18,430 bases of DNA. Origin: a virus. The notes under the pieces are model-generated. The model worked only from the letters and a program-made list of their open reading frames with translations, was not told where the DNA came from and made no database searches. Positions 11,073 to 18,430 of this stretch are shown here, piece after piece. Both the position numbers and the translations under genes were made by a program. Within the stretch, counting starts at the first letter, position 1. Each line of letters starts with the position of its first letter. The stretch lies in the UHGV virus genome UHGV-0119144, one strand, 5' to 3'.

Positions 11073-11252
11073 ATGGCACGTAAATACAACAAATTGTCCC
11101 GTGAAGCGTTAAAGATGCTTCTTGATGGCGTGAGTCGCCGCGAGGTAAAGCAATACCTGGCTGGTAAGCAAATTGGTGCCAGGACCGCTATTGCTGTGTT
11201 ATGCCGTCAGGAAATGGTTGTGCTTAAACAGAGAATGCCGGGCAGCATATAA
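11073..11252 (+). CDS. Small basic hypothetical protein (occupies the P1 pdcA position)
   Basis: 59-aa ORF starting 4 nt after the doc stop: MARKYNKLSREALKMLLDGVSRREVKQYLAGKQIG. The track's longer version (11052) overlaps doc. Confidence 0.4.
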   Translation: MARKYNKLSREALKMLLDGVSRREVKQYLAGKQIGARTAIAVLCRQEMVVLKQRMPGSI

Positions 11253-11279
11253 AGCCCAATCAGTGATTAAAGGTGTGAT

Positions 11280-12323
11280 GTGAAAGCCGTAATTACTCCC
11301 TTTGTACAGAAAGAACTTGGCCTCGCCACGTTCAAAGTGGATCAGGAGGTCAGAAAGCTGGTGGAGGCTGGCCGTAAATTTATTATGGAGCCGGTGCCGC
11401 GTGAGTTAATCGAGCACATGGACGACGGCCTCGTTGCTTCCGAGCAAACTATAGCAACAAATGAGGCGTTGCAGCCGTTTTTTAACAGCGATGAACTGTT
11501 TCGCCGTATTGGTGGAATTGACGCGCTGGTGGCGTGGTTGCGCAGGAAAGAGGGGCAATGCCAGGCCGCAGATCGTAGCTGGTGTGACAACCATATTGTC
11601 CACGCTGAACGAGACAATAGCGCGGTGTTGTTGTGCTGGCATCACGATAACCATTACCGGATGCGTGGTTTTAATGAGCTGAAAGAAACGCTGCACAATA
11701 ATCGCGTTAACTGGATACTGGATGTCGCCCGTCAGGAAATGGGCCTTTCAGATAGCCATGATTTAAGTATTCAGGAGCTGTGCTGGTGGGCTTTCATGCG
11801 TAACATGATGCACCTGATGCCGGAAGAAGTCTGCCGCATATCAATAAATAAGATGAAGGCTGCTCCGCAGGATAGCGGACCTCTGAAAGAGGCGGATATT
11901 CGCCCGTATGACGATCGCGCTACAGCATATGTTCAGATGATGGAAGAACGCGCCGCGCCGATGCGTGCAAAAGTATGCCCTGTGGATGTTGACTCCGACC
12001 CAGGTATGGCGCATTTCAAAATACCAAAACTTCAATCGCTAAAATTGCCCGAGTACATGGACTTTGTGGCTTCCCGTCCATGCTGTGGCTGTGGAGCTGC
12101 GGGAGCTGGCGCTCACATTACGCCTTATATCGTTCGTCATAGTCGATTATGCGCGCATGACATTTACGCAATTCCTCTGTGCCAGTCATGCCAGCGTGAT
12201 ATTGAGCGTGACCGCGATAATTGGGAGAAGACGCACGGTAGGCTGGCGATGCATCAACGATTGTTCTTTGATTACGCGCTTGGAGTCGGCGCTATCACAA
12301 GTTACTCGTCGAGCGTTAGATAA
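11280..12323 (+). CDS. Cys/His-rich hypothetical protein (occupies the P1 pdcB position)
   Basis: 347-aa ORF, GTG start behind AAGGTG; metal-ligand-like clusters [15 protein letters not shown]...CWHHDNH and C-terminal CCGCGAAG...LCAHD...CQSCQRD. Confidence 0.5.
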   Translation: MKAVITPFVQKELGLATFKVDQEVRKLVEAGRKFIMEPVPRELIEHMDDGLVASEQTIATNEALQPFFNSDELFRRIGGIDALVAWLRRKEGQCQAADRSWCDNHIVHAERDNSAVLLCWHHDNHYRMRGFNELKETLHNNRVNWILDVARQEMGLSDSHDLSIQELCWWAFMRNMMHLMPEEVCRISINKMKAAPQDSGPLKEADIRPYDDRATAYVQMMEERAAPMRAKVCPVDVDSDPGMAHFKIPKLQSLKLPEYMDFVASRPCCGCGAAGAGAHITPYIVRHSRLCAHDIYAIPLCQSCQRDIERDRDNWEKTHGRLAMHQRLFFDYALGVGAITSYSSSVR

Positions 12324-12324
12324 A

Positions 12325-12341
12325 ATTGCTCTAATGTATTG
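12325..12341 (+). promoter_or_regulatory. P1 C1 operator-like site (14/17), with an overlapping partial repeat ATTGCTAT
   Basis: attgctctaatgtattg immediately after the stop at 12321-12323; followed by inverted repeat gattag/ctaatc around TTGACA (12376-12398). Confidence 0.5.
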
Positions 12342-12411
12342 CTATTTCTTTAATCGATGGTATTATATTCCACGTTGATTAGTTGACATGGGCTAATCAG
12401 TAGGTGACAGG

Positions 12412-12726
12412 ATGTTACTTAACTGGCAGGGACGCCACTTCATGGAAATAAATCACTCACGAATAACATCGTACGAGATTGCGAATTACATGATCCGCAC
12501 TAAATCTCTTCTATCAGCGAAAGAACTCGCAGCAATTCTTGAAAAGGAATACCCGCATCTGGATGTCGATAAGCGCGATGTTTATCTGCGCTTAAAAGCT
12601 ATCGCTGTGTCTAAGTATTCGTCTGTTTTGATTGATGACAGTACGAACGAAAGCGTGAAAATAACTGGTCAGTGCTGGAAGCAGCTGAATTCATCGAGGC
12701 GCATGGCGGGAAAGTGCCGCCCCTGA
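12412..12726 (+). CDS. Hypothetical protein (alternative start ATG 12442); possible late-activator (lpa-position) gene
   Basis: ORF downstream of an operator; no domain recognised; overlaps the next ORF by 55 nt. Confidence 0.3.
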   Translation: MLLNWQGRHFMEINHSRITSYEIANYMIRTKSLLSAKELAAILEKEYPHLDVDKRDVYLRLKAIAVSKYSSVLIDDSTNESVKITGQCWKQLNSSRRMAGKCRP

Positions 12727-13043
12727 TGCTGGAGCAAATCAAAGCCGATCTGCGTGCTCCTAAGACCAATACCGATGATGAGGAAAGGCAAACAGCCGTC
12801 GGTGGCCCTTCTCTTGAAGATCTGGACAAAGTTGCGCGAGAACGGGCCGCCAACCGCCGCGCCGATGCCGCATTGTGGATTGAGCAGCGTAGGGAAGAAA
12901 TCGCCGATATCGTTGATACAGGCGGTTATGGAGATGTTGATACTGAAGGTGTATCAAACGACCCATGGCTGGAACAAGACCTGGACGAAGACGAGGAGGA
13001 AGACGAAGAAGTTACCCGCAAGCTATACGGGGATGATGATTAA
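12672..13043 (+). CDS. Acidic protein translationally coupled to terminase large subunit (possible small-subunit remnant)
   Basis: GTG start; C-terminus [12 protein letters not shown]...DDD; stop overlaps the ATG of the next gene (TAATG). No cluster of TGATCA/G pac hexamers seen in 12300-13100. Confidence 0.35.
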   Translation: MLEAAEFIEAHGGKVPPLMLEQIKADLRAPKTNTDDEERQTAVGGPSLEDLDKVARERAANRRADAALWIEQRREEIADIVDTGGYGDVDTEGVSNDPWLEQDLDEDEEEDEEVTRKLYGDDD

Positions 13044-14956
13044 TGGCCAGAAGTTGCGTAACGGATCCACGTTGGCGCGAGCTGGTGGCGCTATATCGTT
13101 ATGACTGGATTGCGGCCGCTGATGTTTTGTTCGGCAAAACACCTACCTGGCAGCAGGATCTGATTATTGAGTCTGTGCAGGAACAGGGTAGCAAGACATC
13201 TGTTTCGTCTGGTCACGGTACCGGGAAATCAGACATGACTTCTATCATGATCATGTTGTTCATAATCATGTATCCCGGTGCCCGCGCCATTATCGTTGCG
13301 AACAAAATTCAGCAGGTAATGACCGGTATATTCAAGTACATCAAGATAAACTGGGCTACTGCCACCAGCCGTTTTCCATGGCTTGCTGATTATTTTGTTC
13401 TGACAGAAACCGCTTTCTATGAGGTTACTGGTTGGATTTGCCCCTATATTTCCAGACACCTGTTATCACTTAACCCATTACTGGCTTGCTGCCGTAGATA
13501 TTCCCGTGGCGAGCGATAACCCAGTGCACTATGCGGATGCCATTCGTTATAATGCTCGAACGCCTCTGCAAGGTTCTTTGCTGCCGTTAACCCGTCTGGT
13601 TTGGGCATGACACTGATGTAGTCACGCTTTATCGTTTTCACGAAGCTCTCTGCTATGCCGTTACTCTCCGGACTCCGCACCGCCGTGCTCTTCGGTTCAA
13701 GCCCCAACATCCGGGCAAACTGCCGTGTTTCATTAGCCCGGTAGCATGAACCATTATCCGTCAGCCACTCTACTGGAGACGCCGGAAGCTCGTTGCCGAA
13801 GCGGCGTTCCACCGCTCCCAGCATGACGTCCTGTACTGTTTCACTGTTGAAGCCGCCCGTAGTGACCGCCCAGTGCAGTGCCTCACGGTCACAGCAGTCC
13901 AGCGCGAACGTGACTCGCAGTTTTTCTCCGTTATCACAGCGGAACTCGAACCCGTCAGAGCACCATCGCTGATTACTTTCTTTCACAGCCACTCTGCCTG
14001 TATGTGCCCGTTTCGATGGCGGTACAGCAGGTTTTCGCTCAAGCAACAGCGCATTCTGGCGCATGATCCGGTAAACACGTTTGGCATTGATCGCAGGCAT
14101 ACCATCAAGTTCTGCCTGTCTGCGAAGCAGCGCCCATAACAGTGAGGAATCACCGCTGGTAACGTCAGAATTTATCAAAATGAAGCTGGCGGAGTACGGC
14201 GGGCGTGATAACCCTATGTACATGATTAAGGTACGCGGCCTATTCCCTAAATTACAGGACGGCTTCCTTCTTGGACGTGATGAGGTTGAACGTGCGACGC
14301 GGCGGAAAGTCAAGATTGCCAAAGGATGGGGCTGGCTTGCATGTGTGGACGTTGCTGGTGGTACAGGACGGGATAAGTCCTTTATCAATATCATGATGGT
14401 GTCCGGCCAGCGAAATAAACGCCGTGTAATCAACTATCGAATGCTGGAATACACAGACGTTACAGAAACGCAGCTTGCCGCCAAAATTTTCGCAGAATGT
14501 AATCCTGAGCGATTCCCCAATATCACCATAGCGATAGACGGCGATGGCCTGGGTAAAGCAACGGCGGATCTGATGTACGAGTATTATGGTATTACCGTAC
14601 AGCGTATACGCTGGGGTAAAAAGATGCATAGCCGTGAAGATAAGAGCCTGTACTTTGATAAACGTGCTTATGCCAACGTTCAAGCCGCAGAGGCCGTAAA
14701 ATCTGGTCGTATGAGACTGGATAAGGGTAATGAAACTATTGAGGAAGCGTCGAAAATCCCTGTAGGGATTAACTCCGCAGGTCAATGGAAGGTGATGAGT
14801 AAGGAGGATATGAAGAAAAAACTCAACCTGCACTCACCAGACCATTGGGATACATATTGTTTCGCTATGCTGGCGGATTATGTTCCCCAGGACGAAGTGC
14901 TTAGCGTCGAAGACGAAGCGCAGGTTGATGAAGCTCTGGCATGGCTTAATGAATAA
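13043..14956 (+). pseudogene. Terminase large subunit (PacB-like) interrupted by an IS2 fragment
   Basis: N-terminal 130 codons (13043-13432) carry a deviant Walker A (SSGHGTGKS); C-terminal part (about 14139-14956) is terminase-like. The two parts are separated by 706 bp of IS2 and are not joinable in frame. Confidence 0.55.
13433..14138 (-). mobile_element. insD: IS2 (IS3 family) 3' fragment: right terminal region plus C-terminal ~230 codons of insD
   Basis: Minus-strand translation 13444-14136 matches IS2 InsD from [28 protein letters not shown] to NRCLEI; IS2 terminus TGGATTTGCCCCTATATTTCCAGACACCTG at 13433. insC and the left end are absent. Confidence 0.88.
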
Positions 14957-14959
14957 ACA

Positions 14960-14976
14960 CTTGCTCTAATAAATTG
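14960..14976 (+). promoter_or_regulatory. P1 C1 operator-like site (15/17), Op51-like position upstream of immI
   Basis: cttgctctaataaattg, 4 nt after the terminase stop. Confidence 0.55.
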
Positions 14977-15107
14977 TGTTTTTTGACTGCCGATGTTACA
15001 TTGAACCTGACCTCTTGCGCCTTGAGGCATTTTCGGTTTATGCTTATCAGGCACCTCATTAAAACGGGTGCCGGGATTGAGACCCCGGATAATGTCAAAG
15101 GCGACAC

Positions 15108-15130
15108 AGACGCCGAAAGCGTCTTTTTTT
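15108..15130 (+). terminator. Rho-independent terminator / attenuator inside the immI leader
   Basis: Stem agacgc / gcgtct with loop cgaaa, followed by a T7 run. Confidence 0.6.
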
Positions 15131-15315
15131 GTGTCATGCCATCGCACAGCCATACGTAGCGTTTAGCTCCGAAATCAATGGTAGTGCTGGCTGGGCTGCC
15201 GAAAGGCAGGCCGGTTCCCTTTGACGCCGGTAGTCTCAACCCAGTCAGTGCTACCGCCATTGAGATTGAGACCTCACGCGGTAGCTCCTTAACTTAGTCA
15301 AAGGAGGCTGCCATT

Positions 15316-15537
15316 ATGGCTACTGTCCCTACCCCAATTCATCCTGAATTTATCTGGCGCTTTTACTCCTGCCAAAAACGTCACTATCACTTCGTTATTG
15401 CACCGACAGAAGATGAGGCCCATTCTCAGCTTCCTGACGCTCCCTGCATTTTCTCTGCCCGCTTTTCAACCGATTTGCGCAATTCTCTCAGTTACTGGTG
15501 CCTCCCTGTTAACGCTTCTGCTCAGGAGGGACTATGA
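15316..15537 (+). CDS. Icd-like small protein (73 aa), translationally coupled to ant
   Basis: AAGGAGG RBS; stop overlaps the ant start (ATGA); size and position match P1 icd. Sequence identity not confirmed from memory. Confidence 0.45.
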   Translation: MATVPTPIHPEFIWRFYSCQKRHYHFVIAPTEDEAHSQLPDAPCIFSARFSTDLRNSLSYWCLPVNASAQEGL

Positions 15538-16648
15538 GAACGTCATTAGTTACCCGTGAAGAGATGATCGAGGCAATTGAACAGCACACTGCCTGTATCA
15601 GTACTAGGGATATACCGGGCGTTATTGCCAACTACTTCATGATCACCAAACAACTTTACCGGAGAAAGGACAAGAACGCAGTTCACCGCATCCTGCTGTC
15701 TGATATCCGCGAATACCTGCTCGAACAGGGGCATCTGAATTACGCAACCGTCGCAGCCGAAGCACGCAAGGAGGCACACAGAATGAAAGCTACTAACGTT
15801 AAATCAGAAAAAGTTCATGCACCTTCAGTTCAGGAATCAGAGCTGGTGGTTGTTCAAAATCAGTCGGATGAAATTCCCGTTCTGGAGTGGCAGGGAGTGC
15901 GTGTCGTAACAACCGAAACTCTTGCTAAGGGGTATGGTACAGAAGCGATTCGCATTCGCCAGAATCATCATGAGAACAAAGTACGCTTTGTTGAAGCGAA
16001 GCACTTTTTCAAGGTTATTGGCGATGAGCTGAAAAATTTGCGGGTAGCTTTAAACTACTCACAAAATCCAGTCTCCCCCAAAGCGCGCTCTCTCATCCTC
16101 TGGACAGAACGAGGAGCTGCCCGTCACGCTAAAATGCTCGAAACCGATCAGGCATGGGCATTCTTTGAAAAACTGGAAGACAGCTACTTCCGACAAAAAG
16201 AACAGCAACCGGTCGCAATCCCCCAGACGCTTCCAGAAGCTCTGCGCCTGGCTGCCGAGTTAGCTGAACAAAAGCAACTTCTGGAACAGAAAGCCCACCA
16301 GCTAAATCAGCAGCTGGTGGCTGCCGCTTCTAAAGTCGATTTTGCCGACCGGGTATCAGTAGCTAAAGGGATCCTGATTGGGAATTTTGCAAAGGTCGTT
16401 GGACTTAAACAAAATGCGCTGTTTGCCTAGTTACGGGAGAACGGCATTCTGATAGCGTCCGGAGGCCGTAAAAATGTACCGTTCCAGCAGTACATCAACG
16501 CGGGTATTTCACGGTGAAAGAAGTGGTGCTGGATGATGAAGATGGCTACCAGATACGGTTGACGCCTCAATTAACGGGTAAAGGCCAGCAGTGGTTGACG
16601 CGTAAACTGCTCGATGCTGGCTTGTTAAAACCGGTGGCGGCTGAATAA
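15534..16648 (+). pseudogene. ant: Antirepressor (AntA/Bro-N-like core plus KilAC-type C-terminus) with nonsense and frameshift lesions
   Basis: Open to TAG at 16428-16430, sitting where KilAC proteins have an aromatic residue (LFA*LRENG). The downstream KilAC-like sequence continues in frame as ILIASGGRKNVPFQQYINAG, then shifts by one frame near 16502 into GYFTVKEVVLDDEDGYQIRLTPQLTGKGQQWLTRKLL. Confidence 0.6.
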
Positions 16649-16655
16649 TGGAAGA

Positions 16656-16686
16656 ATGCCCGGTTGATGCCGGGCATAATTTATTG
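16656..16686. terminator. Hairpin between convergent ant and c1; candidate bidirectional terminator
   Basis: Stem atgcccgg / ccgggcat with loop ttgatg, followed by AATTTATT. Confidence 0.45.
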
Positions 16687-17532
16687 CGCGCTTTCGGGGT
16701 TGTCGTTTACTGGCTGCCCCTTCTTGGTTTTACGGCTGCGCGTAACTGATGCGGCTGACTTAACCTTTTTCTCTTCGCGAGTGATGGCAATTTGTTTTTT
16801 TACATTTTCAATATCTGCCAGGCGATATATTTTTGCTTGCGGCCAGCGGTCGCAGATGATCGGTTCTATGGAGTCATAAAGGCTAAATTTTGCTTTTTCG
16901 AATTCACCGTTGATGATAATTCCATCACGGAGAGTTTCATCGCAGATAAACACGCCACACAGTGGCACATGGTAACTAACTGATTTACCATCATTGTAGT
17001 TAGGGCTACTGGAAATGTAGTGGACGCGCAGCATTGTTTCGCTAAAGCCGTGTACGCGCATACGGAATTTTTCATCCTCCGGGTACTGCTTCATTAGCTC
17101 TTTTGTTGCTTCCAGGTTCTCTATGTATTTCGCACTGTGCTCATTGATCCCCGCGCTTTTTTGGATGCGAATGTCCTTATCAATCAGATGAATAATGCGG
17201 CCAGCGGTCATGTTGACGCTGTTCACAGCTTCTGTCTGATAAGTTGTAACCTTACGCACACCGCGAAGGATGTTAGGCACTGGATATAAAATAGTCTTTG
17301 GGATATTGAGGTCTGGGTACTGTTCCAGTTCCCGCGCCATTAAAGTCCATTTATCAATTTCAGCCTGAATGCTGTCAGTTTCTTTGAACGGTAGAACGAC
17401 AACCGGGCGTACAGGACGACCGTCGCTGGCTGTATCAACGTGTTGGGCGCGTGCAACAGCTTTTTTTAGAAAGAGATCCCTGAAGCTGACGAACTCCTGG
17501 TACAGTTGTTCGCCGTAGACATAATTTATCAT
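16681..17532 (-). CDS. c1: P1 C1 repressor of lysis
   Basis: 283 aa, MINYVYGEQLYQEFVSFRDLFLKKAVARAQHV...; strong RBS GGAGGAGG; TATAAT in the upstream intergenic region. Confidence 0.95.
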   Translation of the reverse strand: MINYVYGEQLYQEFVSFRDLFLKKAVARAQHVDTASDGRPVRPVVVLPFKETDSIQAEIDKWTLMARELEQYPDLNIPKTILYPVPNILRGVRKVTTYQTEAVNSVNMTAGRIIHLIDKDIRIQKSAGINEHSAKYIENLEATKELMKQYPEDEKFRMRVHGFSETMLRVHYISSSPNYNDGKSVSYHVPLCGVFICDETLRDGIIINGEFEKAKFSLYDSIEPIICDRWPQAKIYRLADIENVKKQIAITREEKKVKSAASVTRSRKTKKGQPVNDNPESAQ

Positions 17533-17626
17533 TGATCCTCCTCCAGAATTGACATGGTCAATAACGCCCGGCTGAGAAAACCGGTCATTACTGACCTATA
17601 TTATAGAGGGATCAAACGAAAATAAT

Positions 17627-17643
17627 AGATTTATTAGTGCATT
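17627..17643 (-). promoter_or_regulatory. C1 operator-like site (14/17) in the coi-c1 intergenic region (Op99-like)
   Basis: Reverse complement aatgcactaataaatct; an adjacent overlapping partial repeat follows. Confidence 0.5.
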
Positions 17644-17852
17644 TATTGTGAGTCTAACTGGTTAGTTGCCATGAGATATTCGATTGTGTCAGTGAGGTCA
17701 TCCAGGTCGTCTTGGGTGATGCGGTACTCCTGATTGGATATCTTTGAGTAGTGTTCAGCAATGGCGCGGGCTGCGTCGGTTTCGGCAGGGTCTACAGATA
17801 AAGCGTTAGAGCAATGTCTAACGTCGTCGATGGTTGGTTGAATGAAAGCCAT
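17643..17852 (-). CDS. coi: Coi, C1 inactivator
   Basis: 69 aa, MAFIQPTIDDVRHCSNALSVDPAETDAARAIAEHYSKISNQEYRITQDDLDD; directly upstream of c1 on the same strand. Confidence 0.9.
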   Translation of the reverse strand: MAFIQPTIDDVRHCSNALSVDPAETDAARAIAEHYSKISNQEYRITQDDLDDLTDTIEYLMATNQLDSQ

Positions 17853-17971
17853 AATTATGCCTCACTGTATTGACAACACAGAGCCTGAAGCTCTGACCTA
17901 CTGTTTCACCCATGATCCATGCTGGGGTAATCTAACAACATTGCGCTGTGTGTAAGATGAGCAATGCATAG

Positions 17972-18430
<459 letters not shown>

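Noticed and set aside
12300-13100. Search for a P1-type pac site (clustered TGATCA/G hexamers)
   Set aside because: Only isolated GATC-containing hexamers were found (for example one TGATCA near 13251), so no pac site is called.
13444-14433. 329-aa minus-strand ORF in the track, looking like a full transposase
   Set aside because: Only the C-terminal ~230 codons (13444-14136) are IS2 InsD. The N-terminal 99 codons are antisense read-through of the terminase C-terminal region with no InsD similarity.
15178-15253. Possible tRNA-like element in the icd leader (ends in ACCGCCA)
   Set aside because: I could not establish a cloverleaf by eye; kept only as part of the c4-like leader hypothesis.

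Overview
This 18.4-kb window reads as a mosaic segment of a P1-family phage-plasmid backbone with accessory insertions and visible gene decay. All identifications are from reading the sequence and recalling protein families; no searches were run. Recognisable P1-type modules are the phd-doc addiction operon (10467-11068) with its operator palindromes, downstream pdc-position genes, a packaging region whose terminase large subunit is interrupted by a 3' fragment of IS2 (13433-14138), an immI-like leader/icd/ant region in which ant carries an amber codon plus a frameshift, and immC (c1 and coi, minus strand) abutted by an IS5 insertion running off the window end. Six matches (14-16 of 17) to the P1 C1 operator ATTGCTCTAATAAATTT are dispersed through the window. 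Embedded in the backbone is a complete type IC restriction-modification system (hsdM-hsdS-hsdR, minus strand, 4276-10290, EcoR124 family) whose hsdS has a 12-bp x3 TAEL-coding repeat. The best candidates for undescribed biology are in the left 4 kb: a co-directional, translationally coupled module of two paralogous GSGPS-motif proteins, a PPP-family phosphatase, a DxD glycosyltransferase-like protein and a HAD-like phosphatase, followed by a C1-operator-proximal 28-aa hydrophobic peptide ORF. A second candidate is the structured 340-nt leader upstream of icd.
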